Source: an uncultured Acidobacteriota bacterium
GTDB lineage: Bacteria > Acidobacteriota > UBA6911
NCBI GenBank assembly: GCA_963809485.1
Contig: CAWEJX010000020.1
Location: forward strand, 1,024,001 to 1,088,000
Length of the DNA: 64,000 nt
Direction of reading: 5' to 3'
Shown here: piece after piece, positions 30,613 through 42,100 of the stretch
Position numbering within the stretch: the first letter of the stretch is position 1
Layout of the letters: each line of letters begins with the position of its first letter
Notes under the pieces: generated by a model
What the model was told of the DNA's origin: nothing
The model's input: the letters and a program-made list of their open reading frames with translations, nothing else
Database searches by the model: none
Made by a program: the position numbers and the translations under genes

Positions 30613-31070
30613 GAACTCCTTCCATGCAATTTCCTGGAGGCAAGCCATTTCCTCTGTTTGATCATTTAAGAGCTGTTACGTTGTGGCCTTATCCACTGTA
30701 ACAGCAACATCCTGATTCTTTAAGCCCAATCTACAGTATGCACCACCGATGGAATCCATGGGGGCCAGCCTCGTATGCGATAGTTTCGTTGACCTGCCGC
30801 CGAGCTCTTTTCTCATCCAAGCTAGCGCTCGCTGCTGCTTTGGACCGCGCGGCTTGTAATCAGTTACGATCCGCATATTGTTGGGAAAAATATCGTCAAA
30901 AATCCATGGCTCCGATTGCCTGAATGAAGAGCACGCCCGCAGACTCCCTCCCTTTGATTGCGCCTTCTCAGATCATCCATCCTTGATGTCTTTTCCCCGG
31001 GGATCCGGCTATTTGTGGAGAAACGGCACCGTTTCGCCCTATAATCGCCGGAACTTCGGGAGGAAACACG

Positions 31071-31607
31071 ATGCTGACTCGAATGATGATCGCCCTGTTT
31101 TTGATATTTGCTTCCACCGCATCCGCACAGAAGACCGCGCCTGCGGAGCTTACGGCACTCGATTATTTTCAGATCCAGCAGCTGGTTGCAAAGTATGCGC
31201 GCGCCATCGATACATGCTCCAACAACGGATACGACTACGCCGATCTCTTCACGGCCGACGGATACTTCGCTCCTTCAATGGACGGCAAGGTCGCAATGAA
31301 ATTTCAGGGACGCGAAAAGCTGGCGGAGGTCTCCGGCGGCGGCGTGCAGGGATGCAAGAACGTGCCCTGGATCAAGGAGGGCGTCCATCACATCTACGTC
31401 AATCACATCATCAGCCCCACTGCGGAAGGAGCCAAGGGAACTGTCGACATGCTGATGATTGGACTGGGCGGCGATCCCAACCGGATTGAGTACGACGGCT
31501 ACTATGAAGACGTTTACGCCAGGACGCCGCAGGGATGGCGCTTCAAATCGCGCACTCACCATGCCCTGCTCAATCAGGGGAAACGAGTGGCGCCTGCGAC
31601 ACGCTGA
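31071..31607 (+). CDS. SnoaL-like/NTF2 protein with signal peptide
   Basis: IQQLVAKY..AID, DLFTADG, G.YED...RT..GWRF motifs. Confidence 0.88.
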   Translation: MLTRMMIALFLIFASTASAQKTAPAELTALDYFQIQQLVAKYARAIDTCSNNGYDYADLFTADGYFAPSMDGKVAMKFQGREKLAEVSGGGVQGCKNVPWIKEGVHHIYVNHIISPTAEGAKGTVDMLMIGLGGDPNRIEYDGYYEDVYARTPQGWRFKSRTHHALLNQGKRVAPATR

Positions 31608-31908
31608 GAAAGTCGAAACACATGCTCCGTGGCCTTGCATTCCCGGACCGTTCGCGAAACGGGACCCTGTCTCCACTGCTGAAAATTTGAGCCAAATCGA
31701 TCATTCACGATCCAGGGATTCCTGCCGGAAGAGACCGAACTGGAAAAGCACTTCGGAATGAGAGTCGGGCCAGGTTTTGGTCTCCGCGGAAATTGAATAT
31801 CGGCGATGCCGCCGAGCGATAAACCGCAGCAGCACAGGCAGCTTTGTATTTAAGGGTCCCGGCATATGAAGTAATGTTTTCCCCTCTGAATTGCCTTTCG
31901 ACTGGGTC

Positions 31909-33063
31909 CTATAGACCCAAAAAGTCGCCCGGAGAATCAAGCATACTTGCCAAAGGGACAACCTGGATATTTTTCGCCAGAGCGTAGGAATGGAGCCCTG
32001 GATACAAGACGATCAGCCTCGCCAGCTTCAAATCTCTCATTGCAATGTTCATGGAAGGGGTCAGGCGCGGCGCATCCATCCGCTTGCATTCCACTCCTAT
32101 ATGCTTGCCATCCTTGATCAGCAATAAATCCAATTCGGCGCCCGCATGGGTAGCCCAGAAATATGATTGCTCCGGTTCGACTGCTTTCAAAGTTTCCTCG
32201 ATGACGTAACCTTCCCAGGAAGCTCCGTTGCGCGGATGAACGGCGAGCTCCTGTTCCGTACGTATGCCGAGCAGGTAGTGGAGAAGCCCTGTATCGCGGA
32301 AATATATCTTTGGCGATTTCACCTGGCGCTTGCCCAAATTTGCATGCCATGGCTGCAGCTGGCGCACCATGAATACATCCTGAAGCAAATCCACGTAACG
32401 ACGGGCAGTGCCTTCGCTGATATCCAGGGTTCGGGCAGCTTCGGAGTTGTTCCAGACCTGGCCGTGATAATGCGCCAGCATGCTCCAAAATCGAAACAGG
32501 CTGGTAGCGGGTATGCTGAATCCGAACTGCGGGACATCCCTCTCCAGGAAGGTAGTAACGAAATCCTTCCGCCAGGCGAGACTCTCCTCCTCAGAAGTGG
32601 CCAGGTAAGAAAGTGGGAATCCGCCGCGCTGCCAATGCCGGGATTGAGATGCGAAGCCCACTTCTTCGAGGCTGAATCCGCCCATGGAGATGATCGTGAG
32701 ACGCCCGGCCAGCGATTCGGATGATTGACGCAGCAGTTCGGGCGAGGCGCTGCCGAGTATGAGGAATCGGGCCGGCAGGGGCTTCCGATCGCACAGAACC
32801 CGCAACACAGGAAAAAGATCAGGCCGGCGCTGGATTTCGTCGATGACGACCAGCCCGTGCAATTCCTGAAGCGCTATCATGGGCTGATCCAGGCGCGCAA
32901 GGCTGAAAGGATTCTCCAAATCGAAATAGTTTATGGATTCGGGGGACAGAAATCGGCGGGCTAGAGTTGTTTTACCGCACTGGCGCGGTCCGATCAGCGC
33001 TACCGCACGACTGCGTTTCAGGGACCTTTCTATTCTATGGAACAAGGCTGTCCGGGGAATCAT
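31909..33063 (-). CDS. AAA_14 ATPase with DUF4143 domain
   Basis: GPRQCGKTT, IDEIQ, GGFP, KIYFRDTG and ELDLL...VECK motifs; start MIPR at 33063. Confidence 0.9.
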   Translation of the reverse strand: MIPRTALFHRIERSLKRSRAVALIGPRQCGKTTLARRFLSPESINYFDLENPFSLARLDQPMIALQELHGLVVIDEIQRRPDLFPVLRVLCDRKPLPARFLILGSASPELLRQSSESLAGRLTIISMGGFSLEEVGFASQSRHWQRGGFPLSYLATSEEESLAWRKDFVTTFLERDVPQFGFSIPATSLFRFWSMLAHYHGQVWNNSEAARTLDISEGTARRYVDLLQDVFMVRQLQPWHANLGKRQVKSPKIYFRDTGLLHYLLGIRTEQELAVHPRNGASWEGYVIEETLKAVEPEQSYFWATHAGAELDLLLIKDGKHIGVECKRMDAPRLTPSMNIAMRDLKLARLIVLYPGLHSYALAKNIQVVPLASMLDSPGDFLGL

Positions 33064-33294
33064 AGGCGTATTATACCTTGAAAATCCGTCATCGCATGAA
33101 AGATTTTCAAGTTTGATGCGTTTCGAGATTCCAGGGTCTAGCTGCTTTGGTAGAATTGGGACGAGATCCACTGCCCTGAACCGCTGGAATATGCTGACCT
33201 TTGCGTTAGGTATCAGCTTTCGTCGGCGTTTAATGATCCTGGAACTGTATAACTCTGTCAGTTCCCCGATAGAGCAGAGGGATTGCCGATACAT

Positions 33295-34230
33295 TTATTG
33301 ACTGCCGCCCAATTCCAGCATTCTCTCCAGGGCGCGCAGCGCCTTTGAGGCGATCCCCTTCTCAACTGCTATAACTTCGCCGCCGTCCCCCAGGAGCGCG
33401 CGCTTGATGGAAAGCAACGACCCGCGCTTCATGTTCGGGCAGACGATCTCATCGGAAACCGGGAAGAAACGCTTGGAGGGATTATGCTTTTCCAGCGTAT
33501 GCAGGAGCCCGATTTCAGTCGCAATAATGAATTCCTGCTTATCGCTCGCGGCCACATGGCGACACATGCCTCCCGTCGACAGCACCGCGTCGGCAAGCGC
33601 CCGACACTCTCGCGGAGCCTCGGGGTGGATGAGTAGTTCGGCGCCGGGATGCGCTTCGCGCGCCGCAAGGATCATATCGGGACGTATACGGAGATGTGTG
33701 GGACACAGTCCGTTCCAAAGCACCATGGTCCGGCCGGTTCGCTCCTCCACCCACGACCCGAGGTGCCGATCGGGAACAAAGATGATGCCTCGGCCGGCCG
33801 GGAGCTTGCGGGCGATCTGCTCGGCGTTGGAACTGGTGCAGCACACATCCGACAGCGCTTTGATTTCCGCCGTGGAATTGACATAGCACATAACAAGATG
33901 ATCGGGGTGGCGCTCCTTGAGTTCGCGCAGTTCATGGGCCTCGATCATGTCGGCCATGGGGCAGCCGGCCAGCGGTTCGGGAAGGATGACTCTGCGCGAC
34001 GGATTGAGGATTGCGGCGGTCTCGGCCATAAAGCGCACCCCGCAGAAAATGATCAGAGAGGCAGCCGATCGCCTTGCCTCTACGCTCAATCCATACGAAT
34101 CGCCCACATAATCCGCACAGTCCTGCACGCTCCCCGGCTGATACGTGTGGGCAAGAATCACCGCGTCGCGTTCTCTCTTGAGTGAGGCGATTTCTTCGCG
34201 GATGTCCTCCATTGGATTCCTTTCCGGCAA
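33295..34230 (-). CDS. nadA: Quinolinate synthase A
   Basis: ILAHTYQ, GDS, FCGVRFMAE, GCPMA, YVNS, HPE and CPNMK motifs. Confidence 0.96.
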   Translation of the reverse strand: MPERNPMEDIREEIASLKRERDAVILAHTYQPGSVQDCADYVGDSYGLSVEARRSAASLIIFCGVRFMAETAAILNPSRRVILPEPLAGCPMADMIEAHELRELKERHPDHLVMCYVNSTAEIKALSDVCCTSSNAEQIARKLPAGRGIIFVPDRHLGSWVEERTGRTMVLWNGLCPTHLRIRPDMILAAREAHPGAELLIHPEAPRECRALADAVLSTGGMCRHVAASDKQEFIIATEIGLLHTLEKHNPSKRFFPVSDEIVCPNMKRGSLLSIKRALLGDGGEVIAVEKGIASKALRALERMLELGGSQ

Positions 34231-34478
34231 ACATCAGGATCCACCGATGCCGATTTTTCCCGACCTCCCGTCAGCGGCCGCGCCAACCCCTTGCCGTAAA
34301 TCGGGATCGTTCCCGATCTCCAAAAACGATACATCCGGAACCCGATTGACGATCCATACCACAATGTGGTACTAGCAGACAGAATCATGATAATATGCGG
34401 CTGAGGCGTTTTCAAGACGGCGTCCCACCCCGTCCTGGGAGGCGCCGGGGAATGGATAATGTTCAAGGACTGTGACAT

Positions 34479-34869
34479 CAGGATATTCATGAATAAACAT
34501 GAGTTTTCGCATGCGCGGGCCAGGCTGGGCAAAACGCAATCGCAGATGGCGGACCTGCTGAGAACTTCTCCCAAGGCCATTCAAAGCTATGAACAGGGCT
34601 GGCGGTCCATCCCGGCTCACGCTGAACGGCAGATGTTGTTTCTGCTGGCGCTGAAGGACCGGAAAAGAGCCCGGAAGCCATGCTGGACTGTCAGAAAATG
34701 CTCTGCGGAACAGAGGAGGAATTGTCCTGCATGGGAATTCAACACGGGGAGTTTCTGCTGGTTCATCAACGGAACCCTGTGCGGGGGAAAAGTTCAGCAT
34801 GACTGGCACAAAAAGATGAAGATCTGCAGGTCCTGCGGCGTGATGGCCGCAGTATTGAGATCGGAGTAA
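34479..34869 (+). CDS. XRE HTH regulator fused to a Cys-rich two-CW domain
   Basis: TQSQMA.LL.TS...I.SYEQG; PCW...C...CPAW...CW...GTLC...C..C. Confidence 0.8.
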
Positions 34870-34879
34870 CCACATTACC

Positions 34880-35182
34880 ATGGGCGGCTTCAGCAAGGAT
34901 TTGAGGGAATTTGTATTGTGGCCCGGCAAGACCATCACAAGAGTCCGGGATACCGATCGTCCTTCGTTCGAGAATGCTCCGCCTGGTTATGCAAAAATGC
35001 GCAGATATTGCTCCAATCACCTGGAAGTGAAGATAAGGGATGCCGATTCCTTCATTCAAAGGATCGCCGGTTGTCACCATGTCATGGTTGCGGGAAATTA
35101 CCGCAAGGCCGTGTGTGACGCCATGATGAGAATGAATGCGAGGATTGTCGGGCCCTCCGACCTGTCAGCAGTGGAATCCTAA
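34880..35182 (+). pseudogene. Sugar (fucose/arabinose) isomerase-like C-terminal fragment
   Basis: GCHHVMVAGNY ending; no N-terminal domains. Confidence 0.5.
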
Positions 35183-35422
35183 TTGCGGCTGTAAGCTTCC
35201 CAGAAGAAAATAACGCCGACATACGCCGAAAAAACCGCTGACGAACGCCGACAAAGCAAGTAATGATCAGTTCGTCGGCGTTAACAGGATTGCAGCGGCT
35301 TGACGGCGCCTGGTCCTGCCTAAACTTCATTGCTATGGACTGCCGGACTTCGGTAGAATAGGCCCAAATTCCGGAATTGCTTCTCACTGCATTTCACCGG
35401 CTGTCGACGTGGAGGATGCCTC

Positions 35423-38095
35423 ATGATAGGCAAGACGCTCGGCCATTATCAAATTACCAGTCAGCTCGGCAAAGGCGGCATGGGGGAAGTCTTTCAGGCC
35501 AAAGATCAGGTCCTTGGCCGCGAGGTGGCGATCAAGGTACTGCCTGAGGAGTTTGCCCGGGACACGGACCGGGTTGCCCGTTTCCGGCGGGAAGCCAAGG
35601 TTCTGGCTTCCCTGAATCATACGAATATCGCCGCCATTCACGGCCTGGAGGAATCCGGCGGAACAAACTTCCTGGTGCTCGAACTGATCGAAGGGGAAAC
35701 GCTGGCGGACCGGTTGAAGAGCGGCCCTATCCCTGTTGAGGAGTCCCTGAAGCTGGCTCTTCAAACTGCCGAAGCCCTTGAGGCGGCACATGAGAAGGGC
35801 GTGATCCACCGCGACCTGAAGCCCTCCAATATCAAGCTGACGCCGGAAGGCAAAGTGAAGGTATTGGATTTCGGATTGGCAAAGGCCTATGCCGGAGACC
35901 GGGATGAAGTAAACCTGTCGAACTCTCCCACATTGAGCGATGCGGCCACACAGCAGGGAGTCATTCTGGGAACGGCTGCGTATATGTCGCCGGAACAGGC
36001 GCGCGGAAAACCCGTGGACAAGCGGGCGGACATCTGGGCATTCGGCTGCGTCCTGTTCGAGATGCTGGCAGGCCGGTCTGCATTCTCCGGAAAGGACGTA
36101 ACCGACCTTCTGGCCGCCGTTATCCGCTCAGAACCGAAGTGGGGCAGCCTGCCGGCGAACCTGCATTGGCGTTTGCGGGAGGTGCTGGAACGCTGCCTGA
36201 AGAAGGACGCCAGGGACCGATACCATGACATTTCCGACGTGAAGGCGGATATTCAGAGAGTTTTGACTGACCCGAGCGGTGTGCTTGCGCAACCGCACAT
36301 TGAAGCGGAGCCTCGGACGAAACTGCGAACCATGCTGCCGTGGCTTGCAGCCGCTCTCGTGCTGGGGGCGATCGGCTCCGGGATCGCTGTCTGGAGATTG
36401 AAGCAGCCGCCTTCACCCGAACCGCGCCGTGTCATCCGCCTCGAGCATAATCTGCCCGAAGGCCAGCAATTCAATTTTAGTCCGACAATGTCGGGTCATT
36501 TGCTGGCCGTTTCTCCTGACGGCAGCAAATTCGTCTATAGCACTGCCAAAGGGCTTTACCTACGTTCCGTGGACGAACTGAATGCCGGCCTCATAGCCGG
36601 AACCAGTGACAATCCGCAATCGCCGTTCTTCTCATTCGACGGCCAATGGGTCGGCTACTGGTCCAAGGCTGACGGCAAGTTGAAAAAAATCGCCGTCCGC
36701 GGCGGCGCACCAGTGACTCTAAGCGATGTCACCTGGCTTTATGGCGCGACCTGGTATCCGGACAATACTATTGTGTATGCCGATTCGCTGAAAGGCGTCA
36801 TGCGCGTTTCTGCCAACGGAGGAACTCCGGAAGTACTTGTTAAGGGACCCTCTATTAGTCCGCAACTCCTGCCGGATGGAAAATCAATAATATTCACGGA
36901 TGTATCCGCGACGCCATATCGGATTATCGTCCAGACGCTCGAATCGGGAAAGCGGAAGGAACTGTTCGCAGGAGGGGGCGCCCAGTATCTTCCGACCGGG
37001 CACCTGATATATTGGCTGCAAAACAACCATAACCTTTTTGCCATTCCATTCGACCTCCGGAAACTTGAAGTCACAGGTGGGCCGGTTCCCATCGTCGAAG
37101 GTGTGGGATATTGTGCTATTTCCGACTCGGGAACTCTGGTCTATATGCCATACACAGGAGCCTCCGCAGCTGCAGCGCCCGGACGCACGCTGGTCCTGGT
37201 GGACCGGAAGGGAAAAGAAGAGTCTCTTGAAGTAGCCTCCAATTCGTATCGCTATCCCAGGTTTTCTCCCGATGGAACGAAAGTGGCTATAGCCATTTTT
37301 GGCGATAACACAGACATCTGGATCAGGGATATAGCCCGCAAGACCCTGACGCGCCTGACCTTCGAGGAGAGCAGCGAAATAGTTCCTGTATGGAGTCCGG
37401 ACGGCAAACGTATCGCCTTTTATTCCGATCGAAACAATAAGAGTGGCGTCTACCGGAAGGCAGCCGATGGAACCGGAGAGGTGGAGCAACTCTACTCGAC
37501 ATCGGCCATCATAATGCCATATTGCTGGTCGAGCGATGGAAACGCCTTGCTCATAGGACAGTTTGTCGGGGATGGAATGAGCAACCAGGATGTAAGCTTG
37601 CTGTCCACGCAAGGCGACCCGGCCGTTACACCGCTTTTGCGGGATAAATATATGGAAATGCAGGCGAGGATTTCGCCTGATGGCCGATGGATGGCTTATA
37701 CCTCCAACGAGTCAGGCAAGAATGAAATCTATGTGCGTCCGTTCCCTGATGTGAACAAGGGACGGTGGCAAGTATCCACAGAAGGCGGGGACAGCCCCCT
37801 CTGGTCGCCGGATGGCAGGGAGATATTCTATCTAAACGGCGATGCAATCATGGCGGTCCCGGTGGAAACCAAAGCAGCCTTCAGCCCCGGAACTCCCAAG
37901 CCTCTTTTTCATGGAAAATATGTTGCGGCTTACCCTGCTGATGGCACTCCATGGGACATCAGCCCCGACGGAAAACGCTTCCTGATGATAAAGCCGCCCG
38001 CATCCCCCGGCGACCAATCAACGGAGCAGCCGCGAAAACTCAACATAGTCCTGAACTGGACGGAAGAACTGAAACAGCGAGTTCCGGTAAAGTAG
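35423..38095 (+). CDS. Hanks-type Ser/Thr kinase with TM segment and PD40/TolB-like beta-propeller
   Basis: GKGGMGEV, VAIK, HRDLKPSN, DFG and YMSPE motifs; repeated SPDG motifs. Confidence 0.95.
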   Translation: MIGKTLGHYQITSQLGKGGMGEVFQAKDQVLGREVAIKVLPEEFARDTDRVARFRREAKVLASLNHTNIAAIHGLEESGGTNFLVLELIEGETLADRLKSGPIPVEESLKLALQTAEALEAAHEKGVIHRDLKPSNIKLTPEGKVKVLDFGLAKAYAGDRDEVNLSNSPTLSDAATQQGVILGTAAYMSPEQARGKPVDKRADIWAFGCVLFEMLAGRSAFSGKDVTDLLAAVIRSEPKWGSLPANLHWRLREVLERCLKKDARDRYHDISDVKADIQRVLTDPSGVLAQPHIEAEPRTKLRTMLPWLAAALVLGAIGSGIAVWRLKQPPSPEPRRVIRLEHNLPEGQQFNFSPTMSGHLLAVSPDGSKFVYSTAKGLYLRSVDELNAGLIAGTSDNPQSPFFSFDGQWVGYWSKADGKLKKIAVRGGAPVTLSDVTWLYGATWYPDNTIVYADSLKGVMRVSANGGTPEVLVKGPSISPQLLPDGKSIIFTDVSATPYRIIVQTLESGKRKELFAGGGAQYLPTGHLIYWLQNNHNLFAIPFDLRKLEVTGGPVPIVEGVGYCAISDSGTLVYMPYTGASAAAAPGRTLVLVDRKGKEESLEVASNSYRYPRFSPDGTKVAIAIFGDNTDIWIRDIARKTLTRLTFEESSEIVPVWSPDGKRIAFYSDRNNKSGVYRKAADGTGEVEQLYSTSAIIMPYCWSSDGNALLIGQFVGDGMSNQDVSLLSTQGDPAVTPLLRDKYMEMQARISPDGRWMAYTSNESGKNEIYVRPFPDVNKGRWQVSTEGGDSPLWSPDGREIFYLNGDAIMAVPVETKAAFSPGTPKPLFHGKYVAAYPADGTPWDISPDGKRFLMIKPPASPGDQSTEQPRKLNIVLNWTEELKQRVPVK

Positions 38096-38282
38096 CGATA
38101 CCTGGTGGTTCCGCCCTTTCGGCCTGGAAGAAGACCCTGTGAACATGCTGACGCTTTTCGTTATAGCATTTTCCCTGATTGCGTTTGGCATTCCCTTGTT
38201 TGGAGTCGAGTCGGGATTCAATTTCGCGCTGCAGCAAAAGGCTCCCCCGCCACAGTTGGCGGGGGAGTACCAATGAACCGGC

Positions 38283-38759
38283 CTATTGCTTGTCATAAAC
38301 CACGAGATATTCAAACGATTTTCCATCTGGAAGGGGGACCTTCGCGCTGCCGCTGAAGATCTTGCCGTCCGGGCTGATGTTCATCTGCATCAGGAAAACC
38401 TGTTTGCCATCCTGCAAATAAACGTTGACGATATGATACGGATCTATTTTCGCGGCAACAATCGAAATACCCTTCTCGGGGCCGCCCTGCTGGTATTTTT
38501 GAATGCCCCCGCTTATCGGCACGGTCCATTTCGATACAACGACCTTGCCGTCCTTCTGGGTTGTGGTTGAGATTGATTCGTAGGTGTTGGGATCCAATGC
38601 CCGCATCTCGATGACGGTTTCCTTGACGTTTGCCATTTCACTGGGCGGAGCTTTCGATTTGGCAAGGTTGAGTTTCCACTTCCCTAAACTCGGATCTTGC
38701 GCCCAAACCATGCCTGCCAACACAAAAACGGCCAGAAAAAGCATCATTATCCTGCGCAT
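38283..38759 (-). CDS. Secreted hypothetical protein (G.WKLN.AKS type)
   Basis: Signal peptide; ends VYDKQ. Confidence 0.8.
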   Translation of the reverse strand: MRRIMMLFLAVFVLAGMVWAQDPSLGKWKLNLAKSKAPPSEMANVKETVIEMRALDPNTYESISTTTQKDGKVVVSKWTVPISGGIQKYQQGGPEKGISIVAAKIDPYHIVNVYLQDGKQVFLMQMNISPDGKIFSGSAKVPLPDGKSFEYLVVYDKQ

Positions 38760-39104
38760 GCGAAATACCCTCCGGTTAGTCTGCTGCTTTAATGCACGAA
38801 AGCTTTAGGCCAGCACTTCAGACAACATGAAAATCCGACGCGCTTGATTTGCCTGAAAGCGCGGAATGCCGAGCGAGCAAAAGAATCTTGAGCAATATTG
38901 AGCATAGACGTTTGCCTGAGATGCTGTATTTAACAATATTCCTACACAAAGCTGGGGGCATAGTCAATACGTTGCTGTTCAGGTCAACGGCTTCCCGCAA
39001 AATCGGGGATTTGATTGTGAACCGCTCAAAGTGGCTCGTCCGGGAAACGAGGCATTGGACACAATCCGCCGGAGGCTAAATATCCGTTTGGATCGGCTGG
39101 AGAT

Positions 39105-42100
39105 ATGCCTCCCCGGCGTGCTAGAATGCCAGTTCTTTTCCATATCAAGGAGCATGAGGGCGTGTCGCAACAAAATTTTGTGGAGATGGAGCACGAGGTT
39201 CTCGAATTCTGGGAGCGCGAAAATTGTTTCCAGCAGCTGGTGAAGAAAAACACCGGCAAACCTAAATGGTCTTTCCTGGATGGCCCCATCACGGCCAACA
39301 ACCCGATGGGCGTGCATCATGCCTGGGGCCGCACCTACAAGGACATTTTCCAGCGCTATCAGGCAATGACCGGGCACGAACTGCGCTACCAGAACGGCTT
39401 CGACTGCCAGGGATTGTGGGTGGAAGTGGAAGTTGAAAAGGAGCTCGGATTCAAATCCAAGCGCGACATCGAGGCCTACGGCATCGATGCTTTCGTCAAA
39501 AAATGTCGGGAGCGCGTGAACCGTTTTGCCGCCATCCAGAGCGAGCAGTCCGTCCGCCTGGGCTATTGGATGGACTGGAACAACTCGTACTACACGATGT
39601 CCGACGAGAACAACTACACCATCTGGACCTTCCTCAAAAAATGCCACCAGCGCGGCTTCATTTATCACGGTTGGGACGCGATGCCGTGGTGCCCGCGCTG
39701 CGGCACGGGAATTTCGCAGCACGAGATTTCCAACGAAGAACGGCCCGAGATCACCCATACATCCCCGACGGTACGCTTTCCCCTGATCGATCATCCGGGC
39801 GAATACCTGCTGGTCTGGACCACGACGCCCTGGACTCTTACCTCAAACGTCGCCTGCGCGGTACATCCCGAGCTGACCTATGCAAAAGTGCGCCAGGGGA
39901 ACGAGATCTACTACCTCATTCGGGACCGTGTGGAGGCCTGCATGGCTCCACACGGCCCGTACCAGATCCTCGAGGAATTCCCGGGCCAGCGTCTGGTGGG
40001 GTTGGCCTATAACGGCCCCTTCGACGAACTGGCAGCTCAAAAAAATGTCCGGCACACCGTTATCCCATGGAAAGAGGTCAGCACGACGGAAGGCACCGGC
40101 ATCGTTCACATCGCCCCGGGATGCGGCAAGGAGGACTACGAACTGGGCAAGGAATTCGGTCTTGCCGCAATCGCGCCCATCGACGAGTTCGGCATCATCC
40201 TCGAAGGCTTCGAGCCATTCACCGGCCAGACGGCCTCCGGCGTGGCCAAAAACATTCTCCGGTCGCTGAAGGAGAAAGGCCAGCTGTATCGGACCGAGGA
40301 ATACAAGCACGCCTACCCGATCTGCTGGCGCTGCAAGACGCAGCTTCTGTTCCGGCTGGTGGATGAGTGGTACATCAGCATGGACGAACTCCGGCACGAG
40401 ATCATCGAGGTCACCAAACAGACCCGCTGGATCCCGGAAGTCGGCCAGCAGCTGGAAATCGAGTGGCTGACCAACATGCACGACTGGATGATCTCCAAAA
40501 AGCGCTACTGGGGCCTGGCGCTGCCCATATATAAATGCCAGTCCTGCAATGTCTTCGATGTCATCGGCGGCCGCGAGGAATTGAAACAGCGGGCCGTGGA
40601 GGGCTGGGACCAGTTTGAAGGGCACACGCCCCACCGACCCTGGGTCGATGCGGTCAAAATCGGCTGTCCCAAATGCGGCGCCCCGACCAGCCGTATTCTT
40701 GACGTAGGAAATCCCTGGCTCGACGCAGGGATCGTGCCCTATTCGACCATGCGCTACAACACCGACCGCGCCTACTGGAACCAGTGGTTTCCCGCCAACT
40801 GGATTTCCGAGAGCTTCCCCGGTCAGTTCCGCAACTGGTTTTACGCCATCCTGGCCATGAGCACGGTTATGGAAAAACGCGCTCCCTTCCAGCTGATGTT
40901 CGGTTACCGGCTCATGAAAGACGAGAAGGGCCAGGAGATGCACAAGAGCAAAGGGAACGCGATCGAGTTCAACGAAGCGGCGGAGAAAGAGGGCGCCGAT
41001 GCAATGCGCTGGCTTTATGCCAGCCACAATCCCGAAAACGACCTCTGGTTCGGGTATCACAAGATCCATGAGGCGAGGCGCCAGTTCCTGACGCTGTGGA
41101 ATGTCTACGAGTTCTTCCTCACCTACGCGCGCATCGACCGGTTCGATCCGGCCGTGCCGCAGGTGCCTTATGAATCGCGCGGGGACCTGGACCGATGGAT
41201 CCTCTGCCGCCTGAACCGCCTGGTTGAAGCGGCTCACAAAAACTATTCGGGCTACAGCGTTCACCTGCTGATGCGCGAGGTGAACGCCTTCATCGATGCC
41301 CTCTCCCGGTGGTACCTGCGGCGCAGCCGCAGGCGCTTCTGGAAAAGCACCGACGACGACGACAAACTGGCCGCCTATCAGACGCTGTGGGAATGCCTGG
41401 TGACGACGGTCAAGGTCCTGGCTCCCGTCATCCCGTTCGCCGCGGAAAAAATATACCAGGAACTCGTGCGTTACTATGACGCCGGCGCGGAGCTTAGCGT
41501 GCACCTGTGCGATTTTCCGCAGCTGAATAGCGCTGCCGCAGTAAACGACCCGCGGCTGGTTCACATCATGGACTCTGTCCTGGAGCTGGTGGAGCAGGGG
41601 CACTCGGCGCGAAACAAGGCGGGTCATAAAGTCCGTCAGCCGCTCGCCGCCATGCGCATCGAGGCCGCAGAAAAATCCCTTCCCGAACAGATGACGCCCT
41701 TTCTGCCGCTGATCCTGGATGAACTCAATATCAAGAGGGCCGATTTTGTGGCTTCGGCAGCGGATCTCTACACTCTGTCGGCGCATCTGGATGCCAAAAC
41801 CGGCAAGCCGAAATTCGGCAGGCTTTATTCGGCGCTTCAGGAGGCTCTCGAGACCATGCAGGCAAGCGAAGTGGCAGCCCGGATCGGGGAGAAATCCGTC
41901 ATTAACCTTCAGGTCGGGCATGAAACCATTCCGTTGCTGCCGGAAGATATCGTCATTGAGAAAGTGCCCCGGAAACCATGGGTGATCTCAGAGGGAAATG
42001 GCTTCCTTGTGGCCATCAACACCGAGCTGGATGCCGATCTGGTCCGTGAAGGCCTCGTTCGCGACCTGGTGCGCCACATACAGAACATCCGCAAGGAAAT

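Noticed and set aside
38800-39160. T-box leader before ileS
   Set aside because: No T-box consensus or terminator found.
39843-41921. 692-aa antisense ORF and other long shadow ORFs (e.g. 57052-57942, 61741-62607, 50243-51061)
   Set aside because: They lie opposite well-supported genes, arise from GC-rich codon bias, and show no motifs.
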